Assembly: GCF_000014265.1 (NCBI RefSeq)
Contig: NC_008312.1
Location: 390,001-422,000, forward strand
Reading direction: 5' to 3'
Length of the DNA: 32,000 bases
From: Trichodesmium erythraeum IMS101
GTDB lineage: Bacteria > Cyanobacteriota > Cyanobacteriia > Cyanobacteriales > Microcoleaceae
The translations under genes and the position numbers were made by a program. The notes below the pieces were generated by a model that did not search any database, was not told the DNA's origin, and saw only the letters and a list, made by a program, of their open reading frames with translations. Position 1 is the stretch's first letter. Each line of letters opens with the position of its first letter. Below, piece after piece: positions 19,223-30,800 of the stretch.

Positions 19223-19829
19223 CTAAGAATTATCAAATCCAAATCAAGCAATTAAATTAGGGTCTTTAATAAAACTCCCTATTGTTATCTTTGAATAATT
19301 AATTCTTGAACCTCGGCAGAAAATTAAGCTATTAGCACCTGCTGTCTTTAGCTCTTGAATTTGAAATTTTTTGGAAAATTTTTCAGCTTTTTTATATTGA
19401 CATCAAACTGACTTATACAGTTAACTAAATTGTTGACATCCTCCCCGGCTTGTTAGAAAAGGGAAAAAACCGATTCTTAGATCTAATTTAGGTTCATGTC
19501 TAATAGACTGTTGCAGCTACCCTCAAAAGAGGTAGGTTAGTCTGGTCGATCCGTCCATTTAAAGTCTCGGAATGCCCAAGCGCAACTTACCAAAAATTCT
19601 TGTGGGTCTTTATTTGTCTATTCAGATTTGAACTGCTCCGAAACCTGAAAGCTTCCCAAGTTATGCTCTCAACTGAAGGAGTTTCGACCTAATCTTCTTT
19701 TCTACAGAATTTATGAAACAAGGCATGTAAATAACTCATCTTATTATAACATGCAAAGCCAACCAATAGATGGGCGAGACTTTCAACTTAAATTTTTCGG
19801 CAATTACTGAGTGCTGATAGCTTTTCAAA

Positions 19830-20546
19830 TTAAGCTGCTTCAGTTAATTTTAGATCCTGTAGGGAGCTAACATCAATTTCAATTGAAGGACCCATCGTTG
19901 CCGATACAAATATAGTACGCCAATAGCGACCCTTGGCTCCAGAAGGACGGTTACGGTCAATACACTCTTGTAGAGCTTTTAAATTTATCAGTAAATCTTC
20001 TACTGAAAAGGAAGTTTTACCAAACATAACATGAACAATACCACTTCGGTCTGCCCTAAACTCCAACTTACCTGCTTTAAATTCGTCAATTGCCTTAGTC
20101 AAGTCAAAAGTTACAGTACCGCCTTTAGGAGATGGCATTAAACCTCTCGGTCCTAGTAAACGTCCTAGTTTAGCTACTTGAGGCATCACATCAGGTGTAG
20201 CGATTAACCTGTCAAATTCCATCATACCTTTACTAATTTGTTCGATCAGCTCTTCTGAACCTGCTAAGTCTGCTCCTGCTGCTAGAGCTTCGTTAACTTT
20301 CTCACCCTTGGCAATAACGGCAATTCGGATAGTTTGACCTGTTCCCTTTGGTAAAGCTACTGTAGTTCGTAGTTGTTGATCTGTGTATTTAGGATCTATC
20401 CCTAAACGAACATGAGCTTCTGCAGCTTCTAGAAATTTGGCTGTAGCTGTTTCTTTTAAAAGTTGGAGTGCCTCTTTTGGTTCATAAGGTCGCTCTTCTA
20501 CTTTTTTTCTTAATTCTTGCAATCTACGAGAGATTTTTTTTGGCAT
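19830..20546 (-). CDS. rplA: 50S ribosomal protein L1
   Basis: 238-aa ORF with typical L1 blocks ([31 protein letters not shown]). An AGGAG Shine-Dalgarno lies upstream. Confidence 0.97.
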   Translation of the reverse strand: MPKKISRRLQELRKKVEERPYEPKEALQLLKETATAKFLEAAEAHVRLGIDPKYTDQQLRTTVALPKGTGQTIRIAVIAKGEKVNEALAAGADLAGSEELIEQISKGMMEFDRLIATPDVMPQVAKLGRLLGPRGLMPSPKGGTVTFDLTKAIDEFKAGKLEFRADRSGIVHVMFGKTSFSVEDLLINLKALQECIDRNRPSGAKGRYWRTIFVSATMGPSIEIDVSSLQDLKLTEAA

Positions 20547-20673
20547 TTCATACTCCTGGGGTACTTAGCGAAGCTTGGCTTCTCCCCCTATATCAATTTA
20601 CTTTTGCTTTTATTTCTACTGTGAATAATGTAGATTAATTAGTATATTATAGTTAAGTGATTAATTTTATTCA

Positions 20674-21099
20674 TCAATCACTGATGGTAATACCCATATT
20701 TCTTGCTGTACCTGCCACAATTTTCATTGCAGCTTCAATATTGTTAGCATTGAGGTCTGGCATTTTCGTTTGTGCGATTTCTTGGAGTTGAGCTTGCGTA
20801 ATAGAGCCTACCTTTGTTCGGTTTGGTTCACTTGAACCACTTTCTACACCTGCTGCTTTTTTTATTAATACCGCTGCAGGCGGAGTCTTCAAGACAAAAG
20901 TAAAACTACGGTCTTCATAAACTGAGATTTCTACTGGTACCACTGTACCAGCTTGATCTGCTGTTTTGGCGTTATATTCTTTGCAAAACGCCATAATATT
21001 TACACCATGTTGACCTAAAGCTGGACCAATGGGCGGAGAAGGGTTAGCCTTTCCTGCCGTAATAGCCAACTTTATAACTGCCACGACTTTTTTTGCCAT
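20674..21099 (-). CDS. rplK: 50S ribosomal protein L11
   Basis: 141-aa ORF ([29 protein letters not shown]). Its start overlaps the nusG stop as TAATG. Confidence 0.97.
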   Translation of the reverse strand: MAKKVVAVIKLAITAGKANPSPPIGPALGQHGVNIMAFCKEYNAKTADQAGTVVPVEISVYEDRSFTFVLKTPPAAVLIKKAAGVESGSSEPNRTKVGSITQAQLQEIAQTKMPDLNANNIEAAMKIVAGTARNMGITISD

Positions 21100-21773
21100 T
21101 ACTTATGCTTTTCTACCTGATTAAACTCTAATTCTACTGGCGTATCACGTCCAAAAATGGATAGTAGCGCCTTCAATTTATTTCTTTCTGGGCTGACCTC
21201 AATCACATCACCTTCAAAGTCTTTAAATGGCCCTGAAAGAACTGTAATATGGTCTCCTTCTGCCACTGTTACTTTTAAATATGGCTCTTGTTCTTGAGCT
21301 CGCCTAAAGATCCTCTCCACCTCTGAAGAACTTAGAGGTAATGGCTTAACATGACCACGACCTCTTCCATAGCGACGCTTTTGTTCAGCTCCTACAAAGT
21401 TAATCACATTTGGAGTACTTTTGACTATTTGCCATGCCTCATCATCAATTCTCCATTCTTTCTGTTCCTCATGCCAATTTAGCTTCATTTGTACCAATAC
21501 ATACCCAGGAAAAACTTTTTCTTCACTATGTTGGCGACTACCGTCTTTACGAAGCTTAATTGCAGCTATGTGAGGTATTTCTACTTTAAATATTTTATCT
21601 GTAATATCAAGGGTTTGAATACGCTGGCTTAAATTAGTCTTAACCCGCTTCTCACAACCAGAAGCGACTTGTACTGCGTACCATCGCAATTCTCCTTTAG
21701 CAAACTCTGTAGTTTTTTCTTCTCCTTGGTCTAATTGTGTTGTCTGTTGTGTTTCTTCTAAAGATAAATTCAT
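21099..21773 (-). CDS. nusG: Transcription termination/antitermination factor NusG
   Basis: It has an NGN domain ([18 protein letters not shown]) and a KOW motif ([21 protein letters not shown]). I placed the start at MNLSLEE (ATG 21773-21771), which forms an ATGA overlap with the secE stop. The track ORF starts 8 codons earlier, inside secE. Confidence 0.92.
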   Translation of the reverse strand: MNLSLEETQQTTQLDQGEEKTTEFAKGELRWYAVQVASGCEKRVKTNLSQRIQTLDITDKIFKVEIPHIAAIKLRKDGSRQHSEEKVFPGYVLVQMKLNWHEEQKEWRIDDEAWQIVKSTPNVINFVGAEQKRRYGRGRGHVKPLPLSSSEVERIFRRAQEQEPYLKVTVAEGDHITVLSGPFKDFEGDVIEVSPERNKLKALLSIFGRDTPVELEFNQVEKHK

Positions 21774-21994
21774 CCAAACACCACCTGGGCTCCCCAACTA
21801 AAAAACTCATCTACTAGGTAAATGATTGTTGCTGATAGAATAACCATTAATAGTACAGCTACAGATTCACTGATTAATTGTTCTCTGCTTGGCCATACTA
21901 CTTTATCTAGTTCTTCTTTTGTTTCTTGGAAAAAAGTTACAGGACTTAAACCTTCTTTATCTTCTTGTACTTTTATCCCCTCTTTTTTTACCAC
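21770..21994 (-). CDS. secE: Preprotein translocase subunit SecE
   Basis: 74-aa ORF with a single C-terminal TM helix (AVLLMVILSATIIYLVD). The conserved KVVWPSREQL motif is present. It sits in the conserved position between tRNA-Trp and nusG. Confidence 0.85.
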   Translation of the reverse strand: MVKKEGIKVQEDKEGLSPVTFFQETKEELDKVVWPSREQLISESVAVLLMVILSATIIYLVDEFFSWGAQVVFG

Positions 21995-22295
21995 AATAAT
22001 TTATCTTCCCCCTAAGTTTGTGATGTTATTCCACCGTTCACGGGACCAAGTTATAGTTGTAGTAGGCAATATGCCTGGGCTACAAAAGTAGTATGTTTAA
22101 TACTTGCACTTCATTATGCTTAGAATTTACTATCGAAAATTATAGCATAATTTTTGGCGACAGAATTAAAGTCAAAGTTTCCCTTAAAAAAGTATAGGGA
22201 AAATTCAATAGAGCCAGTAGAGCAGAGAATATTTTTTTCCCATACTTTGCCCTATACTTTAATGTCTATACTGTTTATGTTTTTTATTAATTCAC

Positions 22296-22368
22296 CGCGC
22301 CCTGGAGGACTCGAACCCCCGACATCAGGTTTTGGAGACCTGCGTTCTACCAACTGAACTAAGAGCGC
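22296..22368 (-). tRNA. trnW: tRNA-Trp (anticodon CCA), 73 nt, 3' CCA not encoded
   Basis: The minus-strand sequence is GCGCTCTTAGTTCAGTTGGTAGAACGCAGGTCTCCAAAACCTGATGTCGGGGGTTCGAGTCCTCCAGGGCGCG. It folds by hand into a cloverleaf. The acceptor stem pairs GCGCTCT with AGGGCGC. The D arm is GTTC/GAAC. The anticodon arm is CAGGT-CTCCAAA-ACCTG. The T arm is GGGGG-TTCGAGT-CCTCC. Confidence 0.9.
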
Positions 22369-22468
22369 ATATCAGAGGTGATTAGATTTAATCTAAGCAA
22401 CCTCACTTTTTTCATTATAACATAACTTTTGAGAAAATGGGGAAAAATTTTTGAGATTCTTTTTGAAA

Positions 22469-22852
22469 CTATAAAGAACGATCAAATCTTTGCTTGACAC
22501 GAGTGGCCTTACCAACACGACCCCTCAAGTAGTATAGTTTGGCTCTACGCACCTTACCTCGACGGATCAACTTAATATTAGCAATCCTGGGAGAATGGAG
22601 CAAAAATACCCGTTCGACCCCTACACCTTGAAAAACACGACGAACTGTAATAGTTTCGTTTATCCCTCCATTCCGCATGGCAATAATAGTTCCTTCATAG
22701 GGCTGAACTCGTTCTTTTCCTCCCTCTATAATTTTGACTCCGACTTTGACTGTGTCACCTACATAGAGTAGAGGAATTTTCTTTTTCGAGTTTTGCTTTA
22801 ATTTTTCTATTTCTTCAGCTTCAATTGAGGAAATTATTTCTTGGGCTTTCAT
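22469..22852 (-). CDS. rplS: 50S ribosomal protein L19
   Basis: 127-aa ORF with the L19 core ([42 protein letters not shown]...[12 protein letters not shown]). Confidence 0.95.
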   Translation of the reverse strand: MKAQEIISSIEAEEIEKLKQNSKKKIPLLYVGDTVKVGVKIIEGGKERVQPYEGTIIAMRNGGINETITVRRVFQGVGVERVFLLHSPRIANIKLIRRGKVRRAKLYYLRGRVGKATRVKQRFDRSL

Positions 22853-23406
22853 AATACTTTTTTAATCTGACAATCTATATATTATAGATCAAAGGTTAGG
22901 GAGTAAAGAGTAGGGATAAAGAGATGATTAGGATATTGGATATTGGACATATAATAATTATTATATATTCATTGGGCTACATTAATTTGGAATATTTTGT
23001 ATGTTAAGAATATTCTACTGAAGCATTTAAGCATTACTGTTTAAGTTTTTAGTCTTGTTAAAGGAAGTATTTTTTTGTTAAGCCCGACTAAGTTAAAAGA
23101 GAAACTGCTAGCTCTCTCAATTAACTATATGTCCCAAAAATCCTGGGCAAATTCAGCTACATAAAAGTCAAATCGATGAAAATGGGACATTATTCGTTAT
23201 TTTATAGGCATTATTAATAGCTGTCGCTGAGGTGCTTAGGACATTCTCAAACTATCAGATTTAGTCACAGTAGGAATTTATGGTGTAATAGTCATTAATC
23301 TGTACTAAGTTCTGTTATAGTTTGGCACTCAGTTCAATATTGATATTCTGTTGCTGAGACTTCTAGGATGGAGCAATAAAAGTATTGTGAGCTATTGTTA
23401 GCAAAG

Positions 23407-25158
23407 ATGGAACGGAAAATGGATACTCAACCTTCAAATCAAGGAGCTTCAACTCCTCATACAGCAGAAGAAGTCCTGAAATTAGTGATTCAAGACTTGG
23501 ACAATTTTCGTCAAGATTTGACACATCAGTTAGGGCAAGATGTAAGTAGATTAAGAGCTGAGAAAGAACAGCTCAATGAGGATGTTAATAAATTAAGAAA
23601 GCAATATGAACAGTTGCAAGTTCAACAACTGGAATCTCTTTCTCAACGACAAATAGCCCAGCAACAATTATGGCTGAAACAACTGGCCCAAGTACTGGCA
23701 AATAATTTACAAAAACAGTTAGGCCATAAAATTAAAGAGTTAAAGGAGAGTGTTGACCCAGGATTACAACAAGGTGTTTCTTCAGGAGGAGGGTTACCAA
23801 TGACTAATTCTCCAGATAACTATTATGAATCTGCTAATGAGTTGGGCTCTTCTTTGTCTGCTACTTTGAGCAGAACATTTGATACTCTAAAAAAGGAGTT
23901 GGATAGTTACGAAAGTGACCTTTGTGTGCAACTAAATAATATGCGTGGTATGGAACAGCAGAGTGAGGTGATTTTAGAAACCTTGCTCAGTCGTCTTCAG
24001 GGACAACTAGAAGGTAATAATGTAGTTTTATCACGAAATTTTCAAACTTTTCAGTCTGATCCCAGGAATTCATTAAATAATGCTTCTAGTGAAATATCAA
24101 CTCCTATTGAGTCCCCAGAAATAGCACAAATAAGCAAACCTGAATCTACTGCAAAATCTCAAAAGTCTCCTTCTCAAGTTCAGATAGGTTTAATTTTGGC
24201 TTTGCTCTCAGCAGCAGTTCTATCTTTATTTAATGTTTGTGTAAAGATAGTTTTCAATACACCACCACAACCATATCAAGTTTTCGGTGGTTTATTTTCA
24301 GTATCAGGATTAATTAATCCTGATGTTTGGAATTCTTTGTTAATTTTATTACTACGGCAAGGGGTAGTAATGTTATTGATGCCTTTGGTTGCGACATTTC
24401 TTTATCCTGCTGTTTGGAGTGATATTGAGCATTTAATCAAATCCAAAAATTTTTCGTTATGGTGGAAAGTTATTGGTAGTGCTTTCTTTTTGTTTTTATC
24501 TCAGGTATTAATATATATTTCTATTGGTAATATACCTACTGGTATTGCCATGACAATTTTCTTTATTTATCCAATTATTACTGTTTTATTATCTTGGGGA
24601 TTATTTGGTGATTCCCCTTCTGTTTTAAGAATTTGTGCGATGGTTATTATTGGTTTGGGAGGAATTTTAGTTATTCCTGGTGGAGTTGGTAATTATCAAC
24701 CAGGAGTTATGGCTGGAGTTGCTGCTAGTATTACTTTTTCTGGATATATTTTACTAACACAAATGTCAGCAGGAAAGCTTCATCCTATTCCTTTTAGTTT
24801 AATTAATTTTGCTGGAATTTTTGTATTTTCGGCTTTGGGAATGATGATGCCTAAACCTGTAGAATGGTCTGCTAATTTTGATCCTAGTCTGTGGTCTAAT
24901 TTAATTGTTATTAGTATTATTTTAGGGGTTTTAACCATTTCTAGCTATGTATTAAATAGTTTTGCTATTAAATTTGCTGGAGCGGCAAGAGCATCTATTA
25001 TGGGTACTTTGGGTCCACCTTTAACTGCTTTAATTGCCCTTTTTACTATTGGAGAAGCATTAGGAGTAAAAGAGATTTTTGGGATAATACTGGTAATTAT
25101 TGGTGTGGCAGCGATGAGTTTTGAAAGAATGTTTGGAGTGAAACGAAAGCCTAGTTAA
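23407..25158 (+). CDS. EamA/DMT-superfamily transporter with ~260-aa N-terminal coiled-coil/low-complexity extension
   Basis: The C-terminal ~320 aa contain about 10 hydrophobic helices in two halves, each ending in a Gly-rich helix (the second reads ALFTIGEALGVKEIFGIILVIIGV). That is typical of duplicated EamA domains. The N-terminus is Gln/Leu/Glu-rich with heptad character (LRAEKEQLNEDVNKLRKQYEQLQVQQLESLSQRQIAQQQLWLKQLAQ). I chose the ATG at 23407 as the start. The track ORF begins at TTG 23395. Confidence 0.75.
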   Translation: MERKMDTQPSNQGASTPHTAEEVLKLVIQDLDNFRQDLTHQLGQDVSRLRAEKEQLNEDVNKLRKQYEQLQVQQLESLSQRQIAQQQLWLKQLAQVLANNLQKQLGHKIKELKESVDPGLQQGVSSGGGLPMTNSPDNYYESANELGSSLSATLSRTFDTLKKELDSYESDLCVQLNNMRGMEQQSEVILETLLSRLQGQLEGNNVVLSRNFQTFQSDPRNSLNNASSEISTPIESPEIAQISKPESTAKSQKSPSQVQIGLILALLSAAVLSLFNVCVKIVFNTPPQPYQVFGGLFSVSGLINPDVWNSLLILLLRQGVVMLLMPLVATFLYPAVWSDIEHLIKSKNFSLWWKVIGSAFFLFLSQVLIYISIGNIPTGIAMTIFFIYPIITVLLSWGLFGDSPSVLRICAMVIIGLGGILVIPGGVGNYQPGVMAGVAASITFSGYILLTQMSAGKLHPIPFSLINFAGIFVFSALGMMMPKPVEWSANFDPSLWSNLIVISIILGVLTISSYVLNSFAIKFAGAARASIMGTLGPPLTALIALFTIGEALGVKEIFGIILVIIGVAAMSFERMFGVKRKPS

Positions 25159-25879
25159 TATTGAGTGCTTACTATGTCTTTATACATTCATAATTGAGGC
25201 TATAAAGTTTGAATTTTCCTTTTTTTATATTCTTAAGAGGGGATGCTTGAGACTTTATCTATTGGTAAACCTAATAGTTAAAATACAGAAGTAATTAATA
25301 TTCATGCAAAATTAATTACACGTTTATACAAATTTGTATAAAATTAATTATTTGCCTTCTACAGAGTACAGATAATTACAATGGGTAAATAATTTTGCTG
25401 AGGTACTTATGAAGTATCAAAGCTAATATTTCCTAGTTGCTTTATATATAGAACTATGGTGACTATGGTTTTTAGGTACTGAATTTATACTGTTCTTCTT
25501 AAAGGCGTGAGTTACAGCTATTCTTCTAACAAAGGAATTTACGGGGGATTTCCGAAATGGGTGAGCTACAGCTATATCTGGCGATGTATGAACGCTACAA
25601 AGGTTTGATTATTAATAGGGTTGTGGGGAATTAAGCCTAAAAAATTCCTTAAACCCAAAACAATTTCAGCTTTAGGAATGCTTTTAAGAATAAAATCCTA
25701 AAAACTTTATAGAATGAGCTTTTGAGAATTTTAATTTTTTCTACAGCTAACAATTCTAATATTTGTATCTCATTATACTTGGTATTTCCCATAATTCTCA
25801 CCCCTCAGTTACAGGATTTTTGCGACTTTTGAGTTTTAATTTGTGACTTTTGACTTTTAAATGTACGGTTTCCACTAAC

Positions 25880-25905
25880 TAGCACTCTATTGTATAGAGT
25901 GCTAA
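25880..25905 (+). promoter_or_regulatory. CIRCE operator (HrcA binding site) upstream of groEL
   Basis: TAGCACTC-TATTGTATA-GAGTGCTAA is a perfect 8/9-nt inverted repeat with a 9-nt spacer. It matches the CIRCE consensus TTAGCACTC-N9-GAGTGCTAA except for the first base. It lies 31 nt upstream of the groEL ATG, and a TTGACT hexamer sits at 25850-25855. Confidence 0.85.
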
Positions 25906-25936
25906 ATTTTTATTTGGAAGTAATAGGAAAAAGTAT

Positions 25937-27622
<1,686 letters not shown>

Positions 27623-27710
27623 TTTTGCCTATCTACCTAAAGTCAATGTATCAGTTAGTCTGTTTATGGAGGGCTAATAGGGGTAATTGGCAATAAAAAA
27701 TTAATGACAT

Positions 27711-27776
27711 CAGGTTAGACATAACTAGATATTTATTTGATATTCTAGGTTTATGTCTAGCCTGTTAGTTTTTTTG
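27711..27776 (+). terminator. Intrinsic terminator downstream of groEL
   Basis: CAGGTTAGACATAA (27711-27724) pairs with TTATGTCTAGCCTG (27751-27764), giving 14 bp with one G-U pair around an AT-rich loop. TTAGTTTTTTT follows. Confidence 0.6.
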
Positions 27777-27848
27777 TCTGACAGCAAAATTTATGTAAAT
27801 TTGAGAGTGCTATAATTGTTCTAATTAACATTGATATTTTTAACAATT

Positions 27849-30800
27849 ATGGCTGTTAAACTGTTGGACGATTTTTCGAAATCTCTCGGGTTGGAAACTG
27901 TTAACGGTGGGGCTAACCTTGTTAAGGCGCTTTTTAAATTAGCTGAGACACTAGAAAAATATAAGGATACTCAGGAATTAAAGTCTGCTATTGAAAAGAT
28001 TAATATTGAATCTCTGTTGGATGCACTAAATTCTCCATTGGGAAGTGTTGTTAGAGATAGTGTACCTTTCTTGCCTATTGCAACTGGAATTATTTCTTAT
28101 ATTGTTAAACAAAGTCGTCAGGAGCCTACTTTGGAAGATGAGGTGCAGTTGTTGGTTCAGGTGGCTTTTTTAGAAAGTTTTCGACAATTTTTTGTAGAGC
28201 ATCCAGAAATTAAGGAGCAGTTCACAGACACTGAGGCTTCGGAGGATGTAAAAAAACAGATTAAGAAGTTGGGTAAAGATGGTTTTAATCGCCAAGATGC
28301 TAAGGATACTTTGATTTGTTTTTATGATTCACCGTTGAGAGAAAAGTTTGATAATGTTGTATTGGCACGCTTAAAAGAGTCTGGTTTGGATGAAAAAACG
28401 GCGAAAATAGTGACTGAAAGAATTTCTCGCAGTACCCATCGTTATATGAAAGAAGCGGTATCAGAGGTGAAGGATGATGCTAAAAAATTAGCGGGAATTT
28501 ATGGGTATGGCTGGCAGCAAGATTTGGAGGTTTATGGGAGTGTTGATGGGTATTTGAAAAATAAAGTTGCTCGTCTGCCAGAGGAAAAAGTATTTGATGA
28601 AAGTTTCTCTTTTCAGGATATTTATGTACCACTTGAGGTCGAGTCTGTGTCCGATGGAGAGGTTGATAAAAATGCTGAATCTCAGAATATTGAGAAGTGG
28701 GCAAAAACAATTTTGTTACCTCAACACTTTGATGAAAATTTTGATGAAAATTCGCGGAAAAATAATGAGGAAAAAGATAAAAAAGATAAACAGGTTTTAT
28801 TTATTCAAGGGGGGCCTGGAAGAGGAAAAAGTGTATTTTGCCGGATGTTTGCTGACTGGGTGCGGCGGGAACTACATCCTATCTATACCCCTATTTTGAT
28901 CCGGTTGCGAGATGTGAAAAATTTTGCAGCAAATATTGATCAGACTCTGGCTGATGCTGTGAATTACGATTTTGTGAAAATTGATGGGGGCTGGTTGACA
29001 GACCGGAATACTCGGTTTCTGTTTTTGCTGGATGGGTTTGATGAGTTGTTGTTGGAGCGGGGGGCAAGCAGTGAGTTGAAGGTGTTTTTAGATCAGGTAG
29101 CACAGTTTCAGAAACAGGCAGCGGAAAATAAGGAGCGCGGTCATCGGGTTTTGATCACGGGTAGACCTTTGGCGCTTTATGGTATTGAAAGGTTGATGCC
29201 TCCTAATTTGGAGCGGGTGAGTATTTTGCCGATGGATGATGATATCCAGGGACAGTGGTTTGAGAAGTGGCGGACGGTGGTGGGGGATGAGGAAACAGAA
29301 AAGTTTGGGGAGTTTTTACGGAGTGAACAATGTCCGGAGCAGGTTAACGAGTTGGCGCGGGAACCTCTTTTGTTGTATTTGCTGGCTTCAATGCACAGGG
29401 GTGGGAAGTTAAAGGTAGAGATGTTTGCTAATACTGATGTTGGTGAGACAAAGGTTTTAATTTATGAGCAGGCGTTGGAGTGGGTACTGGAAAAACAGCG
29501 GGTAGAAGAGGGTAAAAATATTAATCTTGAAATTACGAAGTTGGAGCCAGAAGATCTGGAGGTTTTATTGACAGAGGCGGGGTTGTGTGTGGTGCAGTCT
29601 GGTGGGGAATATGCTGCTATAGAAATGATCGAGGAGCGGCTGGTGAAAAAGGGAGATAAGGAGTTAAAGCGGTTAATTGAAAATGCTAGGGAAGATAAGC
29701 GGGAGGATGGGTTGAAAAATGCTTTGGCTGCTTTTTATTTGAAGTCGGCAACGGGGGCAGAAAATTCGGTGGAGTTTTTTCATAAGAGTTTTGGTGAGTT
29801 TCTCTGTGCAAAACGGATGGCAGAAAGTCTGGAATATTTTACGCAGAAAACTAAGAAAGGACGCAAGTTTAGTTACTCTGTTTCTGATGAGGAGTTGGTA
29901 TGGCAGGTTTACGATCTGTTTGGTTATGGGGGTTTAACCGTGGAAGTTGTGGAGTATTTGATGGCTTTGTTGGTGAAAAGTGAAGCAAAGCTGGTGGTTT
30001 TGTTTGAGCGCTTACATGAGTTTTATCTAGACTGGTGTGATGGGAAGTTTATTGAGGCGACGGAGGAAACTTTACCTCAGAAAAAGGCGAGGGAGTTGCA
30101 GCAGTGGCGTATTAAGTCTGGGCAACGCCAAGTGGATATTTATACTGGGTTGAATGTGATTATTTTGTTGTTTGAGCTGGATCGTTATGGGCAGTCTCAG
30201 GAGGAGTTGCGGGAGCAGTTGCGTTTTTATCCTTGCGGTCAACATGGTAGTGAAAATTTTGAGGCTCTAAAACTGTTAACAATTATTGGCTATAGTCAAT
30301 GTTTAGGAGTTGGTGCGTTTTGGGAAACAGTAGGTCAGTTTCTAAGTGGTGCCGACCTCAGATATGCCGACCTCAGTGGTGCCTACCTCATAGTTGCCAA
30401 CCTCAGATATGCCGACCTCAGTGGTGCCTACCTCATAAGTGCCGACCTCAGTGGTGCCTACCTCATAGGTGCCAACCTCATAGGTGCCGACCTCAGTCGT
30501 GCCGACCTCAGATATGCCGACCTCAGTGGTGCTAACCTCAGTGATGCCAAACTCAGTGGTGCTAACCTCAGTGATGCCAAACTCAGTGGTGCCGGCCTCA
30601 GTGGTGCCGACCTCAGATATGCCGACCTCAGTGGTGCTGACCTCAGTCGTGCCAAACTCAGTGATGCCGGCCTCAGTGGTGCCAACCTCAGTGTTGCCGG
30701 CCTCAGTGGTGCCGACCTCAGATATGCCGACCTCAGTGGTGCCGACCTCAGATATGCCGACCTCAGTGGTGCTGACCTCAGTGATGCCAACCTTAGTAAT

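Noticed and set aside
18738-19829. Group II intron, RNase P RNA, tmRNA or SRP RNA in the rplA-rplJ spacer
   Set aside because: I looked on both strands for hallmark strings and found none. These were the group II 5' GUGCG with a domain V-like GAGCCGUAU...ACGGUUC, the RNase P GAGGAAAGUCC, the tmRNA 3' tRNA-like end, and the SRP GGAAGCAGCC-type motif. An unknown structured RNA remains possible.
22154-22357. 67-aa plus-strand ORF overlapping the tRNA-Trp gene
   Set aside because: Its C-terminal third is the reverse complement of a hand-folded canonical tRNA. It has no protein features.
25506-25580. Direct repeat GTGAG(T/C)TACAGCTAT at ~25506 and ~25562 in the transporter-groEL intergenic region
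   Set aside because: There are only two short copies (15 nt, one mismatch) with no obvious dyad symmetry or position relative to a promoter. This is insufficient to call a regulatory site.
25850-25878. Sigma70-type promoter for groEL (TTGACT at 25850-25855)
   Set aside because: The -35-like hexamer is good, but no convincing -10 hexamer lies at 16-18 nt spacing (CACTAA/ACTAAC). It is mentioned only as context for CIRCE.
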